Below are positions 1-18,452 of a DNA stretch of 64,000 bases, piece by piece. The notes under the pieces were generated by a model. The model made no database searches. It saw only the letters and a program-made list of their open reading frames with translations, and was not told where the DNA came from. The DNA is from the human T2T-CHM13v2.0 reference genome, Homo sapiens: NCBI RefSeq assembly GCF_009914755.1, contig NC_060932.1. One strand, written 5' to 3'. The stretch's first letter is position 1, and every line of letters begins with the position of its first letter. Both the position numbers and the translations under genes were made by a program.

Positions 1-133
1 ACCCAGAGGAAAAGAAGTCATTATTCAAAAAAGATACTTGCACATGCATATGTATAGCAGCACAATTCACAATTGCAAAATCATGGAACCAACCATAAGG
101 CCCATCAACCAACAAGTGGATAAAGAAACTATG

Positions 134-180
<47 letters not shown>

Positions 181-690
181 CACAATAATATATAGTATGA
201 TGATCATCATACATATATGTATACATGTACATACATATATATGATGATATATATGTATGATGATATATATAACTATGATATATATATGATTCTGTCATAT
301 ATATATATATAATGGAATATTATGCAGCCAAAAAAAGGAATAAATTAACAGCATTTGCAGTGACCTGGATGATATTGGAGACTATTATTCCAAGTGAAGT
401 AGCTCAGGAATGGAAAAAAACATTGTTATGTTCTCACTGATATGTGGGAGCTAAGCTATGAGGACACAAAGGCATAAGAATGATGCAATGGACTTTGGGG
501 ACTTGGTGGGAAGAGTGGGAGGGAGGCAAGGGATAGAAGACTACAAATATGATGCAGTGTATACTGTTCAGGTGATGGGTGCACCAAAATCTCACAAATC
601 ACCACTAAATAACTTACTCATGTAACCAAATACCACCTGTACCCCAATAACTTATGAAAAATTAAAAAATGAAGAAAGAAAAAAACAAAA
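1..690 (+). mobile_element. L1PB-type LINE-1 3' end (ORF2 tail and 3'UTR), interrupted by a TG/TA microsatellite
   Basis: acccagaggaaaagaagtcatta..., tgttctcactgatatgtgggagctaagctatgagg, accacctgtacccaataacttatg followed by an A-rich tail. Confidence 0.85.
137..312. repeat. (TG)n followed by a degenerate (TA)n/(ATG) microsatellite
   Basis: Direct reading. Confidence 0.95.
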
Positions 691-1748
691 AATCAATCTA
701 CAAACTGGGAGAAAATATTTGCAAACCACAGATATATAAGGCGTTAATATCCAAAACTTATAAAGAACAATTATAACTCAATAGCAAGAAAACAAATAAC
801 CTGATTTTTAAAATGGGCAAAAGATGCAAACAGACATTTTTCTAAAGAAGACATAAAGATCACCACAGAAATAGAAAAAAAGTGCTCAACATCACTAACC
901 ACTAAAAATGCAAATTAAAACTACTGTGAGATATCACTTCACACGCATCAGGATGGCTATTACTAAAAAGACAATAGATTACAAATGTTGGTAAAGGTAG
1001 GAGAAAAGGGAACCTTTGTACATTGTTGATGGAAAGTTAGATTAGTACAACCATTATGGAAAACAGTATGGAGATTCCTAAAAAAAATAAAAATAGAACT
1101 ACCATCATGTGACCCAACAATCCTTCTTCTGGGTATATACACTAAGATGAAATCTCTACTTTGTAAAGATATCTGTATTCCCATGTTCATTCCAGCATTA
1201 TTCACAATAGCCAAGATATGAAATTTAAGTGGTCATCAACAGATGTAAAGAACATATGGTGTATACACAATGGAATATTATTCAGCCTTTAAAAAGAAGA
1301 TTCTGCTATTTGCTACAAAACAGACAGGCCTGGAGGACATTATACTAAGTGAAATAAGCCAGACACAGAAAGAAAAACATTGTATGATCTCATTTACATG
1401 TGGAAGTTTTAGAAAAATGCATAATATACAGAGATAGAGAATAAAACTATGGTTACAGGAGGGAAGAAATGGAGAGATGTAGATCAAAGGATAAAAGTAG
1501 TAGATATGTAGAATGAACAAGTCTAGAGATCTAATGTACAATATAAGGACTATAGCCAATAATATTTTATTATATTTGAGACTTTTTTAAAGTAGATTTT
1601 AGCTGCTCTTGCCACAAAACGTAACTATGTGAGATGACAGATATGGTAATTTTCTTCACTATAGTAACCATTTTACTATCTATATGTATCCCATAAAACT
1701 ATGTCATAAACCTCAAATACACACAATAAAATTCATTATAAAAAAAGA
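691..1748 (+). mobile_element. L1MA-type (L1MA7-9-like) 3' fragment
   Basis: gggagaaaatatttgcaaacc, aaatgggcaaaag, aagtgaaataagccagacacagaaagaaaaacattgtatgatctca, then AATAAA and A tail. Confidence 0.8.
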
Positions 1749-1970
1749 AATAGTTGAGTGGTAGGAATAAGACCTAGAAGCCTGTGCTCATTATCTTTTA
1801 CCATCTTTTACTCCAATCAAAACGAGAGAACACTTACTTCTATGGTGCTAATGACTTCATAAAACATACATTTCAAATTCTTTAGTTTTGACTCAAAGCC
1901 ATTAACAACAAAAATGAGCAAATGTCTATTGAATGTGGTATGGGGTTGCAGCCAGAGAAATGTGAGTTTA

Positions 1971-2414
<444 letters not shown>

Positions 2415-2859
2415 TTAGTGTCCTAGTTCTTCCTCTTGCTTCAGACCAATTGAATGCCACTGAAATGAGAACTTGGATTTCTGAACACATGCCTAGGAAA
2501 CAATGATTCACCTTCATATATGGACTACTTAGCATTAACTATTTATTAAAGCCTTATTGTTGACACAAGGAAATTCCTGGGCCACTTTAGTTTTACATTC
2601 TTAGAGGCTAGGTGGGACCAGGTTAAGCTAGAGAGACTTTTCACTTCTTGATTTGAAGACATTTAACATTTGGTTGTTATTTGCCCAAGAACACATATTC
2701 CTGTCTTTAATCTGGAACACACAAAGGAAATAGGCAAGAGGTCAAGATTTTGATCACATTGATTATTGCTGGGTCCTTGTGCTGCAAAGCAATCACTGGC
2801 AGTGATTGTTTCATGGTGCTGCCTCATAGCCCAGCATTAAGAAAAACTAAAGGTCAGAG

Positions 2860-3010
2860 AAACCGTCATCACCTACTTCAAGAACCAAACCATCATTTAC
2901 AACCTCAGTCACAGAGGAGTCTGATGTCACAGGTGAAACACAGTTTAAGCACAGTCACAGTCTCAACACAGAAAATGAAACCCAGGTTGCCTCAGATAAA
3001 CTCTTATGCT
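2860..3010 (-). mobile_element. MIR fragment
   Basis: Degenerate MIR core (cagtcacagagg...cacagtcacag...gaaacccagg). Confidence 0.45.
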
Positions 3011-3596
3011 TCATTCTCTACACATCGACCAGTTATCATAACACAATACTAATCTTTTAATATTTAAAAGTATACTTGCTTGCACAGTGAGGTACTTTGA
3101 TGGCGGGTGATGGGAGATTAAATATTTCAGTAAAATGAGTTGAGACATTGCATTTCTTAAATTGTTGTGTGTTCATATAGGGTTTCCTAAACTTTTGTTT
3201 TCCATTTGGACATACAGAGTATAAAAGATTAGGAAATATCATTCTACATGAGGTTGTATAGTGACAGAGTAATGCAGAATGAGTCATTAATAATTTAAAA
3301 ATAGAATATAAATAATCCAGGGACTGGTGCTCTGTATGTGAAATGATATCCCATAAGCATGGTGGCCACCGGGTTGATCCAAAGAGGGAGTATTGGCACT
3401 GGAAGACTGAATTAAGAAAACAGGAAAAAATTAAATAGGCCTCACTTTGATATACTGCTCTCAAACAATCTCCAGTGCAAACTCTAGGCAAATAAAACAG
3501 ATTTTAGTTACTGTGTGTAGCAAAATCAATGTGACATTCATGGGACATGAATGGTTCATAATAGTTTATTTCATTATTTCTGAAGTGCTTAAGTTA

Positions 3597-5642
<2,046 letters not shown>

Positions 5643-6799
5643 TTACTTTTCAAGGTAAAATTTAAATTTGCCATTTCTTTCTTGAATCCTCATTTTTTAT
5701 TTGTTTCAGCTTGTTTTCTCAACAAATTATTTTATCTTTGAAACAATATTTCTTGATCATATTAATCACTAATTACAGTAACTGCTTATTAAAAATAATT
5801 TTAAAGCAATAATCATTGGTTATAAAAATTGGGGAAATAAAAATATGCATAAAGAAGAAAATAAAATATATTTATAATCACACTACTCTCAGGCATGAAA
5901 TACTGTGTTTGAAGTTTTTACTGGTTTACACATTTTTAGAACATTTTGGATAATAATGAATATAGCTATTAATGTCTCTTTTCTCATATAACATTACCAT
6001 ATATCATTGTTTTCTTTGAAAACATACTTCAATATACGGCTCTGGAATAGTTCATATGATTGTATCATTATTTTTAAGACAATTCCACTATGGTGGGCAT
6101 TTAAATTCTTTTATTCTGCACTATTTTCAATAGTGCTGTGTTGAAGGATTGTTCTGCATGAATCTTGGCTGGAATCTCTGTGAAACTCTGGGATAAGTGT
6201 CTCAAATGACTATTTCTTAGGAGTCTTGAAACATATTGTCAAATTAGCTTCAAGAAAAGTGACACCTATTTACACTTTTAAATAGCAAGATGGTATGAAC
6301 ATGCTTATTATTAAACTCACACACATATACTCAGCATAAAAATGTCTTTAATCATTGTATCTTTTTTTACATGTATTTCTTTGATAATATAGTTTTTTCT
6401 TCTTCAGAAAGTTACAATATTTAAAGCTAGAAGAAAACTCTTTCTTTTACCTATGAAGAAATTGAGAGAAAATTGTGTCACGAAACCTGCTCCCAGCCGT
6501 GTGACAAGCAAGAGGCAGATTCAAGACATGTGACATCCAGTTTGCTACCCCTTCCACTTCACTGCAAAGCCCTTAAGTCATTATAAGCAAGATGCATACA
6601 ATTATCATCCTTTTAAATCCTCTCCTAATGAGAACGTCTAAGCCAAAATTAATGTTTTAACTATGCATGACATTATTTTTACTCATATGACATGAATAAC
6701 TTACAAAATTACATCAAATAAAAGATGTACTGTTGATTTCCTTATAAAAAGCACTTGACTCAATCAAGGAGCATGGTTTTATGAAAGAAACATAATTCC

Positions 6800-7170
6800 C
6801 AACCACTCAAAGAAATTGGGGGCAGTTGAGAGAATGTCTTACTCAGAGCTCCTGCTGCTGAGTTGTAATTTTTTGATGGCCTCTGCTGCTGCAAGCTGAA
6901 TCTGTTGCTGCATATACACCAAGGCCACACTTCCCAGGGGCTGCTTCCAGAGAACTGTGTGTGGCAAGAAACAAAGGTTCTTGAGAGATGGGGGACTCTC
7001 CCAATGGGTGACAGTAGCTTTTCTATTTTCCTGACTGACTTGTTCTTGAAACTGTGCTGCAATTTGAAACTCTTTTCTAATCCTTCCTGCTAGCTCTCCT
7101 TTCACAGGCATCAATTCTGCCCCACAATCTGAAGATTCTCCCTTCTCCTACTTCTTCTTCCATTATTCTC
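6800..7170 (+). mobile_element. LTR16 (ERVL) LTR, 5' part
   Basis: aaggccacacttcccaggggctgct, ctctcctttcacagg, tctgaagattctccc; the element resumes at 14834. Confidence 0.65.
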
Positions 7171-10100
7171 AGGTATTTTTTTATTTTTAATTTGCATAGA
7201 TACACAATAGGTGTATATATTTATGGGGTATGCGAGATGTTTTGATATAGACATCCAATGTGAAATAAGCACATCATGAAGAATGGGATATCCAACCCCT
7301 CAGGCATTTATCCATTAAGTTGCAAATAATCCAATTACACCCTTTAAGTTATTTTAAAATGTACAGTTATTATGGACTATAGTCACTCTGTTATGCTATC
7401 AAATAGTAGGTCTTATTCATTCTTTCTAATTTTTTTGTACCCATTATATCCCGGCCTCCTCCCCAGCTTCCCACTACTGTTCCCAGCCTCTGACAATCAT
7501 CCTTCTACTCTCCATGTCCATGAGTTAAATTGTTTCGATTTTTAGATCTCAAAAATAAGTGAGAACATATGACGTTTGTCTTTCTGTACCTGGCTTATTT
7601 CACTTAACATAATGACCTCCAGTTCCATCCATGTTGTTGCAAATGACTAGATCTCATTCTTTTTTATGGCTGAATAGTACTCAATTGTGTATCTGTACCA
7701 CATTTTCTTTATCCATTCATCTCTTGATGGACAATTAGGTTGCTTCCAAATGTTAGCTTTGTAAACAGTGCTGCAATAAACATAGGAGTTTAGATATCTC
7801 TTCAATATACTGATTTCCATTCCTTTGGGTATATACCCAGCAGTGGAATTGCTGGGTCATATGGTATCTCAATTTTTAGTTTTTTGAAGAACCTCTTAAC
7901 TGTTCTCCATAGAGGCTGTACTGACTTACATTCTCACCAACCGTGTATAAGGGTTCCCTTTTCTCCACATCCTCACAAGCATTTGTTATTGCCTGTCTTT
8001 TGGATATAGGCCATTTTAACTGGGGTGAGATGATATCTCATTGTAGTTTTGATTTGCATTTCTCTGCTGATCAGTGATATTGAGTGCCTTTTCATATACC
8101 TATTTTCTGTTTGTATGTCTTCTTTTGAGAAATGTCTGTTTAAATCTTTTGCCAGATTATTGATCAGATTATTAGGATTTTTCCTATAGAGTTGTTTGAG
8201 CTCCGTATATAGTCTGGTTATTAACCCCTTGTCAGATGGGTAGTTTTCAAAGATTTTCTCCCATTCTGTAAGTTGTCTATTCCCTTTGTTGATTGTATCC
8301 TTTGCTGCGTATAAGTTTTTTTAACTTCATGTGGTCCCATTTGTCCATTTTTGTTTTGGTTGCCTGTGCTTGTGGGATGTCGCTCAAGAAATTTTTGCCC
8401 AGACCAATGTCCTAGAGTTTCCCCAGTGTTATCTTGTAGTAGTTTCATAGTCTGAGACCTTAGATTTAAGTCTTTAATCATTTTGATTTGACTTTTGTAT
8501 GTGTTGAGAGATAGGGATATAGTGTTTTTTTTTCTGCATGTGGATATTCATTTTGCCCAGCATTATTTATTGAAGAGACATTATTCATTCAACAGAACAC
8601 TTTTCCCCAGTATGTGTTCTTGGCACCTTTGTCAAAATTGAGTTAACTGTAGGTGTGTGGATTTGTTTCTGGGTTCTCTATTCTGTTCCATTGTTCTATG
8701 TGTCTGTTTTAATGCCAGCACCATGCTGTTTTGGTTACTATAGCTCTATAGTATAATTTGAAGTCAGGTAATGTGATTCTTCCTATTTTATTCCTTTTGT
8801 TTAGGATAGCTTTGGCTATTCTGGGTCTTTTGTGGTTCTACATAAATTTTTGGATTTTTTTATTTATGTGGAAGAATGTCATTGGTGTTTGATAGGGATT
8901 GCAGTGACTCTTTAGATTGGTTTGGATAATATGGACATTTTAACCATATTGAATCTTCCAATCCATGAACATGAAACCTTTCCATTTTATTGTGTCCTTT
9001 TCAATTTATTTTATTAGTATTTTATAGTTTTCATTATAGAGATCTTTCACTTCTTCAATTAAGTTAATTCCTAGGTATTTAATTTTATGTGTGGCTGTTG
9101 TAAATGGAATTACTTTTTTATTTCTTTTCACATTGTTCACTGTTGGCATATAGAAATGCTAGTGATTTTTGCATGTTGATTCTGCATCCTGCAACTTTAC
9201 TAAATTTGTTTATTAGTTCTAATAATTTTCTTGAGGAGCTTTAGGTTTTTCCAAATATAAGATTATATGATCTACAATCGAGAATAATTTGACTTCTTCC
9301 TTTCCAGTTTGGATGAGCTTTACATTTTCTCTTGTCTGATTGGTCTAGCTAGGACGTCCAGTACTATTGTGAATAACTGTGGTGACAGTGGCCATTCTTA
9401 TTGTTTTCCAGATATTAGAGGAAAGGCTTTCCATTTTTCCCCATTCAGTATGATATTAGCTGAGAGTATGTCCTCTATGGCTTTTATTGTGTTGAGGTAT
9501 GCTTCTTCTATATCCAGTTTTTTGAGAGTTTTTATTCTGAAGGGATGTTAAACCTTTATCAAATGCCTCTTCAGCATCAATTGAAATGATCATATGGTTT
9601 TTATCCTTCATTCTGTTGATGTGATGTATCACATTGATTGATTTGCATATGTTGAACCATCCTTGCATCCCTGATATAAATCCCATTTGTCATGATGAAT
9701 GATCTTTCCAATGTATTGTTGAATTCGGTTTGCTAGTATTTCATTTAGGATTTTTGCATCAATATTCATCAGAGATATTGGCCTATATTTTTCTTTTTTT
9801 GATGTGTCTTTTTCTGGTTTTGGTATCAGGGTAATTCTGGCCTCATAGAATGAGTTTGGAAGTATTCCCTCCTCCTCTAGTTTTTGGAATAGTTTGAGTA
9901 GGATTGGTAGTAGTTCTTTCTTAAATATTTGGTAGAATTCAGCAGTGAAGCCACCAAGTCCTGGGCTTCTTTTTTATTGAGACACTTTTTATTACACCTT
10001 CTATCTAATTACTTGTTATTGGTGTGTTCAGGTTTTGCATTTTTTTCCTAGTTTAATTTTGGTAGGTTGTATGTTCTAGGAATTTGTCCATTTCTTCTTG

Positions 10101-10929
10101 ATTTTCCAATTTATTGGCATATGTTGCTCATAGTAGCCACTAATAATCCTTTGAATTTATACAGTATCAGTTGTAATGTCTCTTTTTCTATTTCTGATTG
10201 TATTTATTTGGATCTTCTCTCTTTTTTCTTAGTCTGGATAAGGTTTGTCTATTTTGTTGAACTTTACAAAAATTAACTTGTTTTATTGATATTTTGTATT
10301 TTTTGTATTTTTTTCATTTCAATTTCATTTCTTTCTGCTCTAATCTTTATTACTATTTTCTTCTAATAATTTTGGGTTCAGTTGGATCTTGCTTTTTTAG
10401 TTCTTTAAGATGCATCATTAGATTGTTTGAAGTTTTTCCTCTTTTTACATATAGGCATTTGTAGCTATGAGCTTCCCTCTGAGTACTGCTTTTGCTGTAT
10501 CCCATAGGTTTCAGTATGTTGTGTTCTATTATCATTTGTTTAGAGAAAATTTTCAATTTCCTTTTTAATTTCTTTAATGACCTGGTCATTCTGGAGCATA
10601 TTGTTTAATTTCCATATATTTATATAGTTTCCAAAATTCTTCATTATTAATTTCTAGTTTTATTTCATTGTGGCCAGAGAAGATGCTTGATATTATTTTA
10701 ATTTTCTGAATGTTTTGGGACTTGTTTAGTGACCTACCATATTGTCTATCCTTGAGAATGAGCCATGAACTGAGAAAAAAAAAAGTATATTCTGCAGCTC
10801 TTGGATGAAATGTTCTGTAAATTTCAATTTGGTCTATAGTGCAGATTAAGTCTGATGTTTCTTTGTTGATTTTCTGTCTGGAAGATATGGCCACACAGAA
10901 AGTGGGGTGTTGAAGTTTCCAGGTATTAT

Positions 10930-11252
<323 letters not shown>

Positions 11253-14200
11253 GTTTCCAGGTATTATTCTATTGGGGCCTATCTCTTTCTTTAGCTCCAA
11301 TAATATTTCCTTTATATATCTGGGTGTTCCAATGTTGGGTGCATATATATTTAAAATTGTTAAGTCCTCTTGCTGTATTGACTCCTTTATCATTATATAG
11401 TGACCTTCTTTGTCTCTTCTTATAGTTTTGGTCTTGAAATCTATTTTGTCTGATATAAGCATAGTGACTCCTGCTACTTTTTTGTTTCCATTGGCATGGA
11501 ATATGTTTTTCCATCCCTTCATTTTTAGTCTATGTGTGTCTTTCTAGGTGAAGTGTTTCTTGTAGACAACAGATCAATGGGTCTTGTTTTTCATCCATTC
11601 AGCCAGTCTATGTCTTTTAATTGGAGAGTTTAGTCCATTTACATTCACTGTTATTATTGATAAGTAAGGACTTACCCCTGCCATTTTGTTGTTTTCTGGT
11701 TGTTTTGTGATCTTCTCTTCCTTCTTTCTTTCATTCCTGTCTTTCTCTAGTAAAGATGATTCTCTCTGGTGGTATGATTTAGTTGCTTGCTATCTATTTT
11801 TTACATATCCATTGTATGCTTTTGGGTTTGAGGTTACCATGAGGCTTGCAAATACTATCTTATAACCCTTTATTTATAACCCTTTATTTTAACCTGTTAA
11901 TTTAACATTACTTGCATAAACAAGCAAAAGAAAAAAAAATTCACCCTAACTTCATTTCCCTGCTTTTTAACTTTTTGTTGTTTCTAGTTCTATCTTATTG
12001 TACTGGCTATGTTTTGAAAAGCTGTTGTAGTTATTATTTCTGATTGATTCATTATTTAATCTGTCTACTTAGGATAAGAGTTGTTTACATTCAACAGTTA
12101 TGGTATTATAATATTCTGTGTCTTCCTGTGCACTTACTATTGCCAGTAAGTTTTTTACCTTTAGGTGATTATGTGCTTCTCATGAATGTCCTTTCCTTTC
12201 TGATTGAAGTATGCCCTTTAGCCTTTCTTGTAGGATGAGTCTGGTATTGATAAAATCCCTCACCTTTGTTTTTCTGGGAAAGTCTTTATTTCTCCTTCAT
12301 GTTTGAAGAATATTTTGCTAAATATAATATTCTAGGGTAAATGTTTTTTTTTTTTTCTTCAGCACTTTAAATATGTCATGCCACTCTCTCCTGGCCTATA
12401 AGGTTTCCACTGAAAAGTCTGCTGCCAAATGTGTTGGAGCTCCATTGTATGCTATTTGTTTCTTCTCTCTTGCTACATTTGGGAACCTTTCTTTATCCTT
12501 GACCTTTGAGAGTTTGATTATTAAATGTCTTGAAGTACTCTTCTTCAGGTTAAATCTGCTAGGTGTTCTATAACCTTCTTGTACTTGGATATTGATACCT
12601 TTGTCTAGGTTTGGGAAGTTATCTGTTACTATCCCTTTGAATAAACTTTCTACTCCTGTCTCTTGCTCTACCTCCTCTTTAAGACCAATAGCTCTTAGAT
12701 TTGCCCATTTGAGGCTATTTTCTAAATTCTCTGGCTTTTTTTTTTAATTCTTTTCTCTTTTGTCTCCTCTGACTGTTTATTTTGAAATAGTCTGTCTTCA
12801 CGTTCATTAGTTCTTTCTTCTACTTGATCCATTTTGCTGTTAAGGGACTCTGATGCTTGTTGCATTTTTCATCTCCAGAATTTCCACTTGATTCTTTGAA
12901 ATTATTTCAATCTCTTTGTTAAATTTATCTGATAGCATTCTGAATTCCTTCTCTGTTTTATCTTGAATTTCCTTTAGCTTCCTCAACACAGCTACTTTGA
13001 ATTCTCTGCCTGAAAGATCACATACCCCCATTTCTCCAGAATTCATCCCTGGTGTCTTATTTAGTTCATACGGTTAGGTCATGTTTTCCTGGATGATGTT
13101 GATGCTAGTAGATATTCTTTGGTGTCTGAACATTTAAGAGTTAGGTATTTACCATAGTCTTCACTGTCTGAAATTATTTGCAGCTGCCCTTCTTGGGAAG
13201 GCTTTCCAGACATTTGAAGGGACTTTGGAAAGCCTTAATAATCAAAGTTAGCTTTGTGATCTAAGCTATTTGTGCTTTAGGGAGCATCCCAAGCCCAGTA
13301 ATGCTGTGGTTCTTGCAGACTTATAGAGGTACTATCTTGATGGTCTTGGACAAGATCTGAGAGAATTTTCCGAATATTAGGCAGAGACACTTGTTCTCTT
13401 CCCTTACTTTCTCCAAAACATAGTCTCTCTCTCTGTTCTGAGCCACCTATGTCACTCTGAGTGGAGTGACATAAGCACCCCTCTGGCCGCCACCACCACT
13501 ATGACTGTGCTGGGTCAGACCTGAAGCCAGAAAAGTGCTGGGTCCCACCCAAGGCTTGCTGTAACCACACACTGGCTACTACCTATGTTCACTCAAGGCC
13601 CCGAGGTGCTACAATCAGCAAAAGGCAAAGCCAGCCAGGCCTGTGTCTCTCCCTTCAGGGTGGCAATGTCCCCCAGGCCCCAGATGGGTCCAGAAGTGTC
13701 ATCTAAGAGTCAGGGACTAGAGACAAAAAGCTTAGAAGTCTACCTGTTATTCTATTGTACTGTGGCTGAGATGGCTCTCAAACCACATGATGCAACTTTT
13801 CCCATTTTTCTTCCTCTTTCCAAAGGCAGAGGAGCCTCACCCCATAGCCACGATCAACCCTGGCCATAAGGAGTACTGCCAGACTACCACCAATGTTCCT
13901 TAAGCCCCAAGGGCTATTAAGTAAGCTCATGGTGAATGCTGCTTGGCCTGGAACTCACTCTTCAGGGCAATGGAGTCCCTGCTGGCCCAGAGCAAGTCCA
14001 GAAATGCTATCCAAGAGTGAAGTTCTGGAATCAGGGACTCCAAAAGCCTGCTTGGTGTTCTACCCTTCCATAGTGTTATTGGTACCTGAAGCTAGCAAGT
14101 CTCGGAGGCTCACCAAGGCCCTCAGTGTTCTGCCTGGGTATCACTGCTAGTTATTCAGGGCCCAAGGGCTCTTCAGTTAGCAGGTAATGAATGCTTGCAG

Positions 14201-14604
14201 GACTAGGTCTTTTCCTTCTGGCCCAAGGTTTCCTTCTGTTTCTAGAAGTGTTGTCTAGGAGCTAGAGCTTGAAATAGGGGCCTCGGGACTCTGACTGGTG
14301 CCCTATCCTGCTATGGCTTAGCTGGTATCCAAGATGAAAGACAAAGTCTTCTCCACTCTTCCTTTTCCTCTCCTTGAGCCCAAGGAAGGAGACCCTTTTG
14401 GAGCTATGGGCTGTGCAACCTGGAGCTATGGGAGGGGTAGTGCCAGCACTCCCTTGGCTGCCCCAGCTGGTGTCTCAGTGTGCTGTGTACCCCACTAGTA
14501 CACTGTCTTTGGATCTAGTTCAGCACTAAGACTCGCCAAAGAGTTGCAGTCCTTATGGCCTAGACTGCCTTTCAAACTTAGAGACAGAGAGGACTTTGGC
14601 CCTT

Positions 14605-14607
<3 letters not shown>

Positions 14608-14642
<35 letters not shown>

Positions 14643-14645
14643 TGT
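14608..14645. repeat. (TG)n microsatellite
   Basis: Direct reading. Confidence 0.95.
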
Positions 14646-14833
14646 TTAAATCTCTTCAGTGCCTCTTTCAGCCATATGAGTTAAAACTAGGTACTATGAG
14701 TGCTAAGCTGATTTTTGGTTCTTGAGAAGGTTTTTTTTGTGTGTGTGTAGACAGTTGTTAACTTGGTGACTTTGTGGTGGTGGTGGGAATGATTGATGGA
14801 GCTTTGTATTCCACAGTGTTGCTCTGCTTCCCC

Positions 14834-14899
14834 CTCAGGTGTTCTTTTTACTTTTAATCCCATCTTGCAGGTATTGCAAGGAGGACCTGAACTAACACA
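14834..14899 (+). mobile_element. LTR16 3' terminus
   Basis: ttttaatcccatcttg...ggaggacctgaactaacaca matches the LTR16 end. Confidence 0.65.
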
Positions 14900-15285
14900 A
14901 CACAAAGTGTGCAAAGGACTACTAAATCCATTTATAAGCTGTGGCTTTCTTTGCATAGAAATAAGATGTCCCCTTATCATAAAAAAGAAAAACATCCCAC
15001 AGCTGATGAGATGTCTTCAGTGTTGACCCCTGAACTGAATTTAGTGCTCCAGATAAAGTTTTAGAAAATCAAGGCCAGCTTTTTGTTTTTGTTGTTAATT
15101 AGGAGGCCTTTATTCCCAAGACCACCAGACCACCTGGCAGTATTAACTTCTATACATCTACCTTGACTCTCAAAAGGAGGAGGTGGTAGAATGAGTGTTA
15201 TCCTGTCAGTGCATTTACTTAAAAAAATTACTTCAAAATGCAAAGTGTATGTATGTGTTTAATTGAACTTTATGCCCTAGGGGCA

Positions 15286-15660
15286 CGTATTAGTCCATTT
15301 TCATGCTGCTGATAAAGACATACCCGAGACTGGGCAATTTACAAAAGAAAGAGGTTTAATTGGACTTACAGTTCCACATGGCTGGGGAAGCTTCACAATC
15401 ATGGTGGAAGGCAAGGAGGAACAAGTTCGGTCTTACACGGATGGCAGGAGGCAAAGAGAGAATGAGGAAGACGCAAAAGCAGAAACCCTTGATAAAACCA
15501 TCAGATCTTGTGAGACTATTTACTACCACAAGAACAGTATAGGGGAAACCACCCCCATGATTCAATTATCTCCCACAGGGCCCCTCCCACAACACATGGA
15601 AATTATGGGAGTACAAGTCAAGATAAGATTAGGGTGGGGATGCAGAGCCAAACCATATCA
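15286..15660 (-). mobile_element. THE1 (THE1A-like) solo LTR, MaLR
   Basis: gtattagtccattttcatgctgctgataaagacatacccgagactggg...agccaaaccatatca; 5-bp TSD GGGCA at 15281-15285 and 15661-15665. Confidence 0.95.
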
Positions 15661-15763
15661 GGGCAGTTAGTTGTACATGAATCAAAAATCCAGAGGTGAC
15701 AATAAGAAGTGCTTTTATCTAAATCATCAGCAGAGGATTTGTTAATTAGTGCAAGAGATGTTA

Positions 15764-16485
<722 letters not shown>

Positions 16486-17489
16486 AGTGGAGGGCTCCAA
16501 AGCCTAACCAAACAGAATACTGGCTGATCAGACATCAGCATATCATCAGTCTTGGAGGAAACCTTCCTTTCAAGGTGCTTATCTTAATGCCTGGAGAAAG
16601 AGAACAAGCAGAGAGTTAACCAAACTTATGAGACCATGTTAGGAGTGGTTTTTGTGTACTGATGCATGTTCTTGTGCACATGCATACATGCCTGGCTATT
16701 AATACATATTTGTATTTGTGGCAAAATTTAGACAGAAATCTGATAGTGAGGTTGTAGTGAAGGATATTCCCTACCTAGGTCTGATTGGAGATTATTAGAC
16801 CTGACATTTGTTGAATGACCAAATTTACTTATGTCAGTTCACAAAAATGAGATCTCTGTTTTATGCCAGGTATCTGAAAGTTCAGGATATCTGTGAATTA
16901 TGATAAAAGTGGTTGGGGAATTCTTGAATTCCTTTCATCTATAACCTGTCTCAAGTTATTGAGATTTGTACTTAGAGACTCTTATAGTTTTGTGAGATGT
17001 AGCAGCTGCAATTGGACTATTAAAAAGAATGGAGCAGGACTTGTTCTTATTGTGTTTCTACAGCATGAAAAGGAAAATTGTTTGCTTTGGTTTTTGTTTC
17101 TTTGCTCACTCAAAATCTCCCGGAAACAGTGGACACTTGGTTAATGACATAAACCCAAATTACTTTTCTACTCTTCAGAGTACCTATTCATATAGCACAA
17201 AAATATTGGTCAAATGCCTTTACAGAAGTGCTGCACTGGTGAAAAGCATGGAAGAATACAACAATGGAAAGCCCCAGGTTTTAGTCAATATATCTTCTCA
17301 CCAGGGCAGATATAAACCATCCCACAGGAAATGTCACAAATTATAATCATACAAGATTATATTTCAAGAATGAAAAATTATCTAAGATTGCTTTAATAAA
17401 AATCTCCCCCAAACAAATGCCAGGTCCATGCTAGTTAATGTTATTAATAAACTGAATTATTTTGGCTAGTACTGGAGAGAAGTAACAAA

Positions 17490-18075
17490 AAAGATGTAAG
17501 AATGAATAAAATAGCAAAACTCAACTGAATGCCACCTAAAATAAACTCACTTTTAATAAGAAGATGCAGACAAGTTGAAAATAAATAGATGGACCAAAAT
17601 ATACCATATATAAGAAAACAAAAGACATTTAATAATGGTAAAAAGATCAAAACATCTCGAAAACAACAATTATAAATGTATATGTAGCATCAAAATGGAC
17701 CATTAAAACACATGAAGGAAACCTTAACAATTTAGTGAAGAAATGAAAAATTGTATAAACATTTGGGCACTTAACAAACCTCTTTCAGCAATTTATAGAA
17801 CAACTATGCACACACACAAAATAATAATAATAATAATAGAGATATGGAAGATGTTTAGAACACTATCAACCACATTGAACTAAATAATATATATAGAACA
17901 CTGCATCCAACAACCATAAAATACTAATTATTTTCAAGTGCACAAAATATATTCACCAAGATAGAAGGCTTGCTAGACTATAAAACAAGTCTCTATGATT
18001 TTGAAAGTGTTAAAATAATGTATAATATGTCCTCTAACCAAAATTGAATTAAATTAAAAGCTAATTTTAAAAATT
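17490..18075 (+). mobile_element. Old L1M ORF2 endonuclease-region fragment
   Basis: ctatcaaccacattgaactaaataatatatatagaacactgcatccaac...ttttcaagtgcaca...ttcaccaagatag. Confidence 0.75.
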
Positions 18076-18078
18076 TAT

Positions 18079-18452
18079 TGATACGGTTTGGCTGTGTACC
18101 TACAAATATCATCTTTAATTGTAGTTTCCATAATCCCTGCATGTTGTGGGAGGGACCTGGTGGGAGGAAATTCAGTCATAAGGGTGGTTACCATCATGCT
18201 GTTCTCATGATTGATAGTGAGTGAGTTCTCATGAGACTTGATGGTTTTAAAAGGGGCTTTTCTCTTTTGCTCAGCATGTATCTCTCCTGCTGCCATGTGA
18301 AGAAGCATGTGTTTGCTTCTCTTGCACCATAATTGTAAGTTTCCTGAGGACTTCCCAGCCATGCTGAACTGTGATTCAATTAAACCTCTATCCTTTATAA
18401 ATTACCCTGTCTTTGGAAGGTCTTTATAGCAGCGTGAGAATGAACTAATGCA
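18079..18452 (+). mobile_element. THE1 LTR (THE1D-like)
   Basis: tgatacggtttggctgtgt...ataattgtaagtttcctgagg...tctttatagcagcgtgagaatgaactaatgca. Confidence 0.93.
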